64,000 nt of DNA from the human T2T-CHM13v2.0 reference genome, Homo sapiens, in NCBI RefSeq assembly GCF_009914755.1, contig NC_060928.1, one strand, 5' to 3'. A program made the translations under genes and the position numbers. Positions 13,725 to 28,809 of this stretch are shown here, piece after piece. Below the pieces are notes generated by a model. It was not told the origin of the DNA. It did no database searches and worked only from the letters and a program-made list of their open reading frames with translations. Positions within the stretch are counted from its first letter, which is position 1. Every line of letters starts with the position of its first letter.

Positions 13725-16700
13725 ACATCCTTTCTGTTACCTTTTAGAATATTTATTGCAATTTTCAATTTGACTGTACATCTTCTATCCTAAATGTAAG
13801 CTTCAAAAAGTCAAGAACCATATCTGTTTTATTCACTACTTCTTATTGGGCCTGGAATATGTCAGGCATTCAGTAACAAACAACATTTGTTAAAGCAATT
13901 AGTTATCACCTACCAGAAATTTTAACAGGAGTGATCACTAGGCTAACATCAGCTGAAGAGGTTCTCTTAGTCTTGATTTCATAAGGACTTCAAGTTTAGA
14001 TGCATGTGACTGAACACACACTAAAGAATAACCTATATATACAATTAAAAAATAGTTAACACATTGGATAATATAGAGAAATATGCCTATAATATTCATA
14101 CATATGTTATAAGTGCATATATATAATTATATACATATTTATGCATATACATATGCTCATATATATTTGATGAATTTATGTATATTGAATATATACATAT
14201 ATGTATAACAATATATCTTATAAATGCATTAAATCCATAGATATTATATCATATAAATATACATTATAATTTGGTTCTAATATTCAAAAGTAATATTGGA
14301 ATTGGTGAAACTTTTATGTAGCTGTGACATTGGAGACATCTTTCGTCCAGGTGCTTATCACATTTATTGTCCTCATTCTGAGTAATTTGCTGGTTTTTCT
14401 ATGTTTCAGAAGGTCCTATATCCAATACCAAACTTCTTCAGAATAATCACTTTATGTCTTAGTCTCTTTCTTTTCTATTGTCCAACATTCAAGTTTTTTG
14501 CTCATTATCAGTATTTTTGTAACTTCATATTTTGCTACTCTTAACTGGAAACTAGGTGCTTCAAGTTTTTGGATTGTGATGGGGAAGTACATTAATAAAA
14601 ACAAATCAACTACTGTGGAAGTGCATGTCTTGATAAATATAATTTATGGAGGTTTGCTTTTCAGTAATAACATCTTGTAAAATGGCTTTTGTCTTAACCA
14701 CTTCTTTGGGAACAGCTTCTCCCTCTCACTTCTATGTTATGTCAGTGGAATAGATTTAATAGATTATCTTGGCTTTATAAGAAAGAACACAGCATCCTGC
14801 AAAAGCACCTCATTCCCTCAAAGAAAACTAGATTGAAGTCATGAATTTCCTATTACTTTGTGTGTCAAATTCTCAGATATCCCCTTGGCTTTAATGCTGC
14901 CTGATGTTCCTGATGAGATGGCAGCACAGAGAATCCCAGGATTATTAGAAAAAACTGTGCTTGCCTATAAAGAGAGACATTTATGTTTTTAACTCTCAAT
15001 CTTTCCCAATCCTCAATATAAGCCAACTCTTATATAAGCCAACCAAATAGATATTGGGTTGTTGAATATATATTGGAGTGTTACTGCTATTTTTAAGGGT
15101 GTTGTCATCCCTACAACTGGTAACAAGAGTGCAAAAATAATATTTCAATCAAAGCAATGCTATCAAATTTTATGAAGTATCACTTTTTGGTCATGAAAAT
15201 AAACTTTTTTATATGACTCTGAATGAAAGTAAGAATTCTTTTCACTACAGAGCTGATTTTATATGAGTTTAAATCTGTTCTTTGTTTTTTCTAATCTCTT
15301 GCTTTAAAACACACTAACTAATGAGTTGACCAAGCTCTACTGGCCATTATATCTACTTGCAAACTAGCAAATTCAGTTTTCAACATAACAACACAAAGTA
15401 AAATGAAGTGGAATGCTGTGATTTTAAGGGGGCTTTGCCCTCCTTTGTTCTGTGAACTTTGCCAGCTTTCACATCATAGCAGTCTCACAGCCCTTTGTTC
15501 AAACTCACAACATTGAATGTAAAGAATGGCTTTACATTGTCATTTTCTTACTGGAGAAATCCAAATGCATCAAGAAAAATGCTCACAAGGCTTGGAACAA
15601 AAAGAGGTATTTATTTTACATGTGCCCTAGTTCTGTGTAACTCAGCATCATGACAAATGCATTGGGATTGCAATTGAGAGTTGAAGTTCTCTTCACCTCC
15701 TGTGAATCATCAAGCCCAAACGTATGGCCCAACGTGATAACCCTTTTAAATATTAGGTACTGATACTGGGGAACATTGATGATTACCACCATCTCATACA
15801 CTTGAATAAAGACAGACCTGAGAGAGATATTGCAGACTTAGGCTGTTTGCTCTATCAGATGTCTATTAGTCAATCTTTCCACTTACACACCTGGCTATGG
15901 TTTCTCTAATTTATCCCACTGTGGATAAGAAATACAAATTATTTCAGGGAAGCCAGTTTGACAGAGTTGAGAGAGCACTGGATGAACTTGGGAAGGTGGC
16001 GTGGCTCAGCGGTCATAAGCGTAAGTGGGGAAGTCCAGCCGATTTGGATCTGAATCCAAGGTAGTTTGGTCACTTCTTGGCAGTTTGATCTTGAATAAAT
16101 TATTAGCTTCTTCATCTTTCCATTTTCTCATTTTTCTGATAGAGCTGTTGTGAAGAATAAAGTAGATATTATTTTTGAAGTGAATTGTGCCATGCCTCTC
16201 TAGCAGTAAGAACATGACACAAGTAGCTGTTATTAAGGTGGCACATCTGATACAAGTTTTTCTGTCCTCAACTCTCTAGACCTCACATGCAATCTTGTTC
16301 CCAATGTAAATGGAAAATTTATACCAGATAAGTTCAAATAAACTGACCAAGTTTCCAATTGTGTCATTTTCTCTATTATTTGCCCCTTGCTCTTTCAATG
16401 GATTTCAATGGCATCCAATACTTACATAAGAAACATTTAAAGAGTTGAAAGATAAGATAGGCAAGAGGTTTGTGGAGGTAGTCAGCAAGGGCGAGGCTAT
16501 CATTTGCTTAGATAGTAGGAAAAAAGCTATGGATCTCTTTGAAAGTAACAATGCAGTGGAGGGAAGTGGGGAGGGCACTAAGGTGAGTGAGAAGGGCACA
16601 TGAGAAGGGTCAGAATATCAAAGGTGCGTCTCTGCATTACAGCCAAGAGCAGGAGAGGGTCAGCATCAGTGAGAAAGGGAAAGATACACCAGAGACTTTA

Positions 16701-16739
16701 CGCAAATGATATGGCTGGACATTGCAGAAAAGTTACCTC

Positions 16740-16833
16740 AATAACTAGTAATAACTAGTCAGAAACTAGTTATTACTAGTCAGAATAACCAGTCAGAAAC
16801 TAGTTATTACTAGTCAGAATAACTAGTCAGAAA
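16740..16833. repeat. Short complex tandem/inverted repeat (~34-bp unit, ACTAGT-rich)
   Basis: agtcagaaactagttattactagtcagaataac occurs twice, plus partial copies. Confidence 0.85.
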
Positions 16834-17916
16834 GTGCCTTGAAAAGGCTCCTAGAAAAAAATAAATTGAGGTAGCAATTTTGCAATACACTCAGAAACAA
16901 AGTGCAAAAAGAAGAAAAGAGGATTGCCAGTAATGGAAAAAAGAGATTGAGGATGTTGAAGGCCCTTGAAGGGGACTATTTTGCAACAAAGGAAAGCCAG
17001 CTCACAGAGAATGGCTTCTTGAACTTCCTCTCTGTTTCCCATTTCTCCTCCTCTTCAAAAAATGTCATCCATTTTATTCAGGACAGAACAATTTGCCCAA
17101 TGTGCTATTTAAATATTGGTTTTAGAACATTTCCTTGATTTAAAAGTACACTACCAAGATTGGCAAAAATCCAAGCTATTTCTTTCTGTAGTCTTTGTCA
17201 TGATTTATAGGGTAGGTTTTTTTCTACCAAGGATAAAATGGAAGAAGACCAGAATGTAAAATTGCACAAAATACACAATTACTGACCAAAAAAAAAAAAA
17301 AAATACATTGACTAGAGCTATTACGAAGGGTATTTTATATTATACAAAAGATTCTGATTATCTTTTCAAAGATGTCTGAAAACTAATGTTTTTTTTTTTT
17401 AGTAGGAACATTTGAAGAACAGAAGGGGAAGACTAAGGGAATTCTATATAAAATAAATTTCTCTTATGTATGAATAGTATCTGGCTAATGTTCCTGATTC
17501 TGTTATACACACAGACATTAACTGTTACAGTTTAATGATTAAAGGCTTGAAGAAAGGAAGTTACTAGAGACAAATGCATTCAATTCTTGTTCCCTGAGCT
17601 ATCCCACGACCTAAAGCAATGCCTGGCATATAGTTGGCACTCAGTAAATATTTGTTACATGAAGGAGTAAATAAAGCCCTAGAGAAATCAAATTAGCAAG
17701 TGAATTCTTTAATCATCGCCAGCTGAGCACTACTTGAGCCACGAAAATCCCAAAGTGTAAATGGAATCTCACGGTTTGGGGTAACTCAGCCTGAGTTGAG
17801 CCTCTTATCCTGGTCATCCTAGTAGCTTGGTGTATAGGCAACTGTGAAAATAAATCAGTCTGTTCATTATGAAAAGAGAAAAAGAAAACAATCTAACTCT
17901 TTATATGGATTGGCTG

Positions 17917-17919
<3 letters not shown>

Positions 17920-17956
<37 letters not shown>
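17920..17956. repeat. (TG)n microsatellite
   Basis: About 18 TG units. Confidence 0.95.
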
Positions 17957-17957
<1 letters not shown>

Positions 17958-18767
17958 TAAATTTTTCTCAATGATGTATCCTCAGGTGATCTTCTCTCTG
18001 GTTTAGATCAGCTCTTTAGAGAAGACTATTGGTGTGACTAAAGCTAAGAAAAGTATATCTAAAGCCTGAAGCGCCTGTTTTGCATAGTGTTTCTAGAACG
18101 TTTTTAAAGCTGTTTCCCTTAGCAACGATATTTTTCTTAGAATGGTTAGTAAATTACCTTTGAATCTTAAAATATGTAATGGTCCACAATTATGTACAAA
18201 AACACTTCAGAATTAGTCCCATCCTACTTCATTCCTTGATTATTTCATGCCTATGTAACTCCTAGAGCTTTCTAAATTACTTCCCATGTCTTCCTTATTC
18301 CTTTCCACAACATACACACCAATCTACTCTAACAAATATCTTCATCACATGGCTGCCTTTTTAAAGAATTTATAATAACCTCTCAATAAAACAAAATAGG
18401 AAAAAGAGCAAAACATTATTTGTTGCAAATCACTGAAATAAATAAAGAGGATGAAACTATGGGAAAGAATGCTGCATTTAGCATAAAACTGGTAAAATGA
18501 CTACTACCAAAAATAGAGCCTAGGAGAAATAGCAGCTATATATAGTAGCATTTACGCCAATTGGAGGAGAACCAAAACAACTATGCATATTTCCCAGGTA
18601 ATAAGCAATGTGTAGCTTTTTTGTTTTTAATTGGGTTCTAAGATACCTAAGAAGGATCTTTTATTTGGTCTTTCAAAGACTGGAGATGGGAGGAAGGGGG
18701 TGCATATTTGTGGGGGTCTAGTTCTGCAGCATGGAAAAGCACAGGAGGAGGGCTGACTTAGTGTCTC

Positions 18768-18911
18768 TAAAGATACTCTGTCTCATTGTTCTGAGAACAA
18801 AGCCCTAACCTAGTATCTAGAGATGCTGTCTTATTATTGCGAGAACAAAGCCCTAACCTAGTACCTAGAGATACTCTGTCTTATTATTCTGAGAACAAAG
18901 CCCTAACCTAG
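18768..18911. repeat. Three-copy 48-50 bp tandem repeat
   Basis: gagaacaaagccctaacctag recurs at 18793, 18841 and 18891. Confidence 0.9.
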
Positions 18912-19099
18912 ATATGCTGCCTGGTAGGTAGGGAGGGAAGTCAGAAGACAAGAACAAAACAGTAACTGCTGCTGAGCACAGAAAATGCATAGTATATCCC
19001 ACACAAAAGTACAGAGCAATACCTGTGCTCTAGAGCAGCATTGGTCAACAGACATTCTACAGTGATGGAAATCTGTATCTTGATGCTGATATGGTAATG

Positions 19100-20250
19100 C
19101 AGTATTCAATGTCAATTAATTTAAATTCAATTCCAAAAACTTTAATTTCTCTGAAAACCTAGATCAAAACAAATATGAAAAATTTATAGCAAACAAATCA
19201 CTGAAAGATGAAAACTGAGCTGGAAAAGCAGAAAAGAGACTTGAAGATAATAAAGTAATTGGAAGAATTAAAACTAATTAGAAGCAGTAAGAAGTAGAAT
19301 AGATATTGCTGAAATAGAATGAGGTATATAAAGAAAACACTTGAGGAAATAGTACATATAATAAAGAAAAAATAAAGAAAAGGAAGCAAAGAAGGAAAAT
19401 AAAATTGATTTGAAAGCAGATTCCATACACACATCATAAGTTTTTCTTAACCTGAAAATAGAACAAACAAAACCAAAAATATGTTCAAATATATATTGTA
19501 AAATCTTCCTAAAATAAAGTAAAATGTAAATATGTCGATAGCATATTTTGTTTCAGGAAAATACAATACAGAATGACCAACTTTAAGATGAGTCCTGAGA
19601 ACGTATTCCTCAAAGAATATATGAAGGAAAAATAAATCCAAAAAAAAAAGAAAAAAAATCAAGAAAGAATTCAATGAGCCTTAAAATTGGAAAGCAAATC
19701 ACCTAAAAGTTAGAGGGAAAAAAAACAGAGTTGCCTCAGAAATCTTATCACAATGTTCAATGTCAGATGACAGTGCTAGAATATGTCTACAGACTTTCAA
19801 GGGAAAAAATAAGAACTCCAGATTTTATATCAGCCAGATCATTGTTTACATACATAAACATAACAGAGTGAGATTCACAAATGAACAAAGCTCAGTGAAG
19901 ATGGAACTTATGAGTAGGTATGTAAAAATTGCTTGATAATGAAGCCAGTCAAAAATGAAATGAATGAAATAAAATAAAAACATCAGGAAGGAAGAAGTTG
20001 TAATTGATGGTGGGCATGAAATCCATTCAAATATAGAACTAATGCACCTGTGACAGAGTAGGAAACAGAAGGTAAATATTAAGGATAGTAACAATGTAAG
20101 AATGATGGTAAATTTTTTAAAAGTTAATTTGTGAATGGAGGAAGTAGGGGAAAAATCTAAGAGCACAAACTTTTTAATCTGTCATAGGAAGAATAATGAT
20201 ATACTTTCTAAAATTGATGAATAAACAAAGAAATTTCTTTAGAAATAAAT
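19100..20250 (+). mobile_element. Ancient L1M-like A-rich fragment
   Basis: Purine/A-rich degenerate L1 ORF1-like composition; boundaries approximate. Confidence 0.45.
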
Positions 20251-20599
20251 TATAGATTTTCTGTTCATTGTAAGTATCAGAAGAATGATCCATTTAGATT
20301 AAGCATTAGCTAAAAGTTGAATTATAAAAGGATACTCAGTCATTTCACAGAAACCAAGAACTAGGAGGAAACTTTAAAGCAACTAACAAAGAAATCAAAA
20401 GCCACAAGATTCCTTTCACATCAGATCTTCCTTGGGTATCTGTTTCCATATTTCTTCTCTCTTTCTCTACCTACAATTAAGTTTCTCCAGCTCACATAGA
20501 AGAAATCATGGCTAAAATCACTGGAAGATTATACATTATTACTTTAGTCTTTGGTCCTGGTTTCTTTTCCTCATTTTCAGTTCTAATATTCTAAGGGAC

Positions 20600-21085
20600 T
20601 TATAGGTTATAATGTTAAGTGAAATAAGCCAGGCACAGAAAGACAATATCACATGTTCTCACCATATGCAGGACTTAAAAGTTATTTCATGGAGGTAGAG
20701 AGTAGAATAATGATTACCAGAGCACTGGGAAGTATATGGCGGGGGTGGGGAATGGGAGGGATGAAGAGAGGTTGGCTAATGAGTACAAACATACAGTTAG
20801 ATAGAAGGTGTAAGTTCTAATGTTTGATAGCAGGGTAAGGTGACTATATTTATCAATACACTTTTAATTTATTACATATTTCAAAATAGCTAGAGAGAAG
20901 ATTTAAAATGTTTCCAACACAAAGGAATGATAAATGTTTCCAGCCATGCATATCTTAATAACTCTGATTTGATCATTACACATTGTGTGTATATATCAAA
21001 ATATCATACATACCTCATAAATATGCACAATTATTATGTATCAATTTTTAAAAAGAAAAAATTTCACCATTATAATAAAATAAAA
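20600..21085 (+). mobile_element. L1MA 3' end
   Basis: ttaagtgaaataagccaggcacagaaagacaa...tatgtatcaatt, a typical L1MA 3'UTR. A second short L1MA tail lies at ~21620-21785. Confidence 0.8.
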
Positions 21086-22484
21086 TTCTGAGGGAAGTAT
21101 TCAGATTGGCCCACTTAGGTCAGGTGTTCAATTTTGAACCAATGAATTATGACATGAAACAGAGCTGAAAAAGAAGATTGTGATTTGCCCAGCTTAAGTC
21201 ATATGTACATCACAGGACCTATTCACTATGGCCTGGAATCCAGGGCAGACGTGAGATTAGGGTGGACTGGGGTGGAAGGTTCCCAAAAGTAAAAGGTTAT
21301 TGGAAAAACAATAATAAGTTTAAGTTGTGCTGTCTCAGATATAATGAGAGGTGCCACGTGTAGCTTTCACCATACACTGCAGTTAACATTATTCACCAGA
21401 TATTTCTAGTGTCTTTCCTTTTCCGGCTACTTTTGTCCAGTGAGTTGTGTGTGGAAGTGAAAGGCCCTTCAGAACTTTGTCCCGCTCAGGCACAGAGATG
21501 GAAGCATTCAGGCTGTTCCATCAGCCCGGGTTTCTGGGAAAAGGGAGCTTTGAGAAAGCCACGTGAAGCTCAGGAGGAAGAAATATCTTGGGCTCTGAAA
21601 TAAATTGTTTAGGTGAAGAAGAAATGTTTGAGGTCATGGATATCTTAATAACCCTGATTTATTCATTACAAATACATTACATTGTATGTATGTATCAAAA
21701 TATCACATGTACATCAATATGGAAAAGTATTATGCATCAATAAAAAGAAAAAAGGCTACCATTTTAATAAAATAGAATAAAATTCTACAAAGAGTAAAAC
21801 TCTCCTGCCAATCTGTGATGGACATGTGCTATGAGAAATCTCCCTTTGTGTTTTAAGCCACTGAGATTTAATGGCATTTTGTTACCATAGCTTTACTTAA
21901 CCTACCCTGACTGACACTGTGACTGCACTGCTCCATGGTGGCTGACTATATCATGGCTAAAACAATTCCACTCTAGTGCATTTTGCTATTCTTTCTCCTC
22001 TATTGCTGGTAGGGAAAAACCTACTTTCCATTTCTTTGTTCCTCTTTCAGAGGAGGCTCCCACAAGGTTCCTGAGGGGAATCAGCTTCTTTACAGTCCAG
22101 GTTATCTTCTTAAAGAATACAGATACTGAGTCCTGGGACACAGGATGGAAAACACAGATTTGCAAGCACTCTTATCTGCAACAACAACCCATTTTAAAAT
22201 TTTCACCCTGATACTTAATTTATTATATGCTCCCAGATTTATTCTTCACCTCTACATTTTATTTCAGAGCTCAAGATGCTTCTTCCTTCTGACTCTCATG
22301 TGGCTTTGCTCAAGCATCCTTTGTTCCAAACCATCAGACCTCCTAGGGCTATTACCAATGTCATACAATGTGGCCATAAATTACAATACAAGGAATTTGA
22401 CAGAGAAAATCTTCATAAATGAAATGTGAGAAAACCAAAAAATGGTGAAAGTGTTACCCTTTATAAAGGACTATCAATGGGCTA

Positions 22485-24411
<1,927 letters not shown>

Positions 24412-24796
24412 AGAAAACCCAGGCTAAAGTCAGGTTTTAATTAGAAATTTGTCCTTAATTAGGAATTTGCTTCTCTGGATGCTGCCACATCCCTCCTCTC
24501 TAAACATAACATATTCTTTCTGTCTGAGATAAAACTTTTGGTATCACAAGCAACAAAGGAATACTAACAGCAATACTCAATAAGAACAGCAAATAGCATT
24601 GCCATAATAGCCACCAAAACTCCTGGGAAAGTCATAACTGTCATTTGTTACCTGATTAAAAGAGAAGAAAATTGACTCCCTCCTAGGAGGAGCTACAGAT
24701 TATTTGCTCATTCTCTTTCAAAAGAACTGAATCTTGCAAGTTTAATAATAATGTATTCTCAGAAAGTTAGAGGGAATATCTGGATCATAGTTGTTT

Positions 24797-25086
24797 CTTT
24801 TTTCTTTTCTTTCCTTTTTATTATACTTTAAGTTGTGGGATACATGTGCAGAACGTGCAGGTTTGTTATACACGTGCCATGGGTTTGCTGCACCCATCAA
24901 CCCGTCATCTACATTAGGTATTTCTCCTAATGCTATCCCTCCCCTAGCCCCAACCCCTCCACAGGCCCTGGTGTGTGATGTTCCCCTCCCTGTGTCCATG
25001 TGTTCTCATTGTTCAACTCCCACTTATGAGTGAGAACATGTGGTGTTTGGTTTTCTGTTCTTGTGTTAGTTTGCTGAGAATGATGG
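24797..25086 (-). mobile_element. L1PA7-like 3' end
   Basis: Antisense 3'UTR with ggagaaatacctaatgtagatgacggg diagnostics. Confidence 0.88.
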
Positions 25087-26017
25087 GGTTTTTTAATACT
25101 CTTGAGAGCCTGAAATGAGTGTACAGAACAAAATATCTTGTTCTTCTAAACAGAAGCAGAGCCAATAACATAGGGTACTTTATAAACCAAATAGCGTCTG
25201 GTGTCCTGAAGCTAAAGAAACTGTCGGCACTTCTTGCAGAATCGCAGCTGTTTCAGTCTTATTCAGTGACTTGTCCCACTCTCTGCAGTCCAGTTTGCCT
25301 TTCGAAATATAGCACAGCTGGCTATTCTGCAGCAATGATTAAAGCCACTGACAAGAGTTTTTTTTTTATTTGTTAGCTCTTTGTCTCAAAAGCTTTAGAA
25401 ATCTTGACAAGTACTCTTACAAAATACAGATAACTTTCTTAAAAGAAGACACAGATTTCTTAATATACACATGACTGTGCATATTTTTATCAACAAACTA
25501 AATACACTTTGGAGTCATGAGGATAAAATGGTACCTTTCTAAGATGAAAAAAAATGTTGAACAAATTTAACCACATGCAATGCCGTTTTAAGAAAGGAAT
25601 CCTGTGACTTCATTGGCTTACCATGTGCATTTTTAGGTTGCAAAACAGTCTGCCAGCAACCCTTCTTAGTCAGACCTTTCTTACAGCAAAGCCCTATCCC
25701 GGAGGACTACAGAGCTTAAAAATCGGTGAAGATGTCATATTTTGACATAAGACAGCTGTGTGTAAATTGGAAGTGGGGCAAAAGATGACAGGAGCATAGA
25801 CACTTCAAACTCCTCTAACAGGCCAAAATAACAGTAAGAAATGGTTACAGTTCTTTGCATAAATGTCAAGGAAATAATTCCTTTAGGAAAAATTCATTCA
25901 TTTGTTTAGGAAATTGTTTAATAAAAAGCAGGAGCATTATGGTGATGCCCAGAAAACCACTGGCAGTAAATCATTCAACATTGACTATATTTCTCCCATA
26001 CTCCAAAACACAATTTT

Positions 26018-26295
26018 TTTATTATACTTTAAGTTCTGGGATACATGTGCAGAACGTGCAGGTTTGTTACATAGGTATACACGTGCCATGGTGGTTTGCT
26101 GCACCCATCAACCCGTCATCTACATTAGGTATTTCTCCTAATGCTATCCCTCCCCTAGCTCCAGACCACCCCCCAACAGACCACCCCCCAACAGACCCCG
26201 GTGTGTGATGCTCTCCTCCCTGTGTCCATGTGTTCTCATTGTTCAACTCCCACTTATGAGTGAGAACATGTAGTGTTTGGTTTTTTGTTTCTGTG
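26018..26295 (-). mobile_element. L1PA7-like 3' end
   Basis: TSD caaaacacaatttt at 26004-26017 and 26296-26309; internal 15-bp tandem duplication cagaccacccccaa. Confidence 0.92.
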
Positions 26296-27614
26296 CAAAA
26301 CACAATTTTAAAAGGGACTATCTGAGATCTTTTGTATTTCACAGCAAATAAAACAGGTAACTGGTAATTTTTAATAAATTAAAGGTTGAAGTGAAAATAA
26401 ACTCGAAGGTTTGTTTCTGTAGTTGATTAAGTAAATGGTAGTGAATTTGGAATTGATGGTATGGGCTGAAAATGTTTAAGAATTGGTAAAGTAAACTGTC
26501 TCTCAACTTTCATTGGTTGAATAAAGTATCTCATTAAATATTCTTTACCAAAACCTAAGTTTTCACCTTTGCATAAAAACAAGGCTTTTAAAATATATTA
26601 GGTGAAGATCTTCTGAATGCAAATAATATAATTTCCCATCTTCTTAAATACACTGGAAAGCAAGCTTTCTTAACCTGGGAGACCATAGACCTGGGAGGGA
26701 AGAGCTCCATAAATGGGTATCTGCAGATCTGAGAGCCCCATGAAACTATATACAGAACTGTATGGACAGCTGAACTTTTAATCAGCTTCTCAAAGAGATC
26801 CAGATCTCATAAAAGGCTAAATACCACTGGTACAACACAGAACATAAATTAATGCATTTCTGATAAATCAGTATATTCATTAGGTTGCAAAACAGTGTTA
26901 ATCTATTATTGTAACACGACACTGGAACATGATGATGTCTGCAGAACATATTGAGGTGATTAGATCATTTAGCCACAATGTGACTCTGAACTATCATTTC
27001 AAGCAGCAATCATTGACAATAAACTATAGATAGGCAAACTCTTACTGTGAGTACCAAATCCCCTCTCTAGTCTAATAAGAGTTCATTTCTGGACACTTCT
27101 CAAAAGAATTGTTTTCCTACGTTTTTGCTACTGAAGATATAACTTAAAGCCCAATTACAGGTCTTGATTGATGGTTAACATGTTAAAAATTTACTTATTA
27201 ATTCATGTATCTGCATTGTTTAACAGAGCATAACACATAGTAAATTCTCGATCAACTGTGCAATGTAATCATCAAAAGTTTCATAATATAAGTAGCTTTC
27301 TTGTTTATTCTGCTCTCCAAATGTTGATAAAACAGTGCCCTAAAATTATTACTACATATGAATATGCCTGTAAAACCTTCAAGGTTTATAAAGTTGAGAT
27401 TTCTTATTTTATCTTGGTAGATAATAAATCTCTGAGAATATCTTGGCTTTCCAACTTTCTAAGTCAATTTCAACATTGAAGATTCTAGGTCAACAGTTTG
27501 TATAGACTGGGGCAAGTCACTTTGCCTCACTAAGCCTCAGTTTCTCCATCGGGAGGATGAAGTTGTTGGACAAGATGCTGACTTCATGGTCCCATTTTAT
27601 TATAAAATTGTGTT

Positions 27615-27909
<295 letters not shown>

Positions 27910-28413
27910 TTGTATAAGTTGTATTTTGAAAGTTTATTAAAGTAAAATTTTCCAAAATGTAAAATCATGACTCTCAAGGAAATAAAATTATATGGCTCTG
28001 TGGTCAAATGTTTATTAAAGCAAAATTTTCAAAAGATAAAAAACTGATTCGTATGAAAATGTTAAATGAATATAAAGATTTTATTCAAATAATCAATTAA
28101 TGATGGAACCGGTGAGATGGTAAAAACCATTTAAAAGAGTATTTCAAAAGCTAAATGTTTATAGGCAATATTAGGATAAGATTGTTGGACTAGATTTAAA
28201 ACTGGTTAATGCCCAATTATTAAGGTTATCTCTTCCACCAGAAGGAAATTATTTGTATCTCTATGGAACAAAAGTCTACAAGTCTCTCCCCTCCTGCATT
28301 GTTAAGTAGCCTATGTAATAGAAAATTAATCCCAGCATTGCACTGAAAAAACACACAAAACTCTCTTCTGGCTATTTCCACGTTTCATATAATTTTTCTG
28401 ACAAGTCAATTCT

Positions 28414-28614
28414 TTCTTTTTTTCTTCCTTTTCAACATTTATTTTAGATTCAGGGGGTAAATGTGCTGGGTTCTTGCCTGGGCATACTGCGTGATGCTGA
28501 GGTTTGGGATATGAATGATCCTATCACCTAGGTGCTGAGCATAATACCCAAGAGTTAGTTTTTCAACACTTGTCCCCCTCTAGTAGTCCCAAGTGTCAAT
28601 TTTTATCATCTTTA
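28414..28614 (-). mobile_element. Short older L1P 3' fragment
   Basis: 17-bp TSD tctgacaagtcaattct at 28397-28413 and 28615-28631. Confidence 0.85.
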
Positions 28615-28809
28615 TCTGACAAGTCAATTCTAGTTATCTTTCATGCATGAAAGTTCTTGATTATTGTTTATGATACTTAATTTTTTAAAAAAGGTCTTTA
28701 TCATCTTTATTTGACCCATGTTCAATTTCCATATAATTTTCAGATGAATGCTCTAAATGTGTGCTTGTTCTGTGCTGACATAAACATAAGAATTTCATAA
28801 GACAGTGTG

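Noticed and set aside
14030-14280. TA-rich stretch
   Set aside because: Degenerate low-complexity (TA/CA) tract without ordered structure.
20925-21790. Two similar L1MA tails ~700 bp apart as a local duplication
   Set aside because: The divergence is compatible with two independent insertions of related subfamilies.
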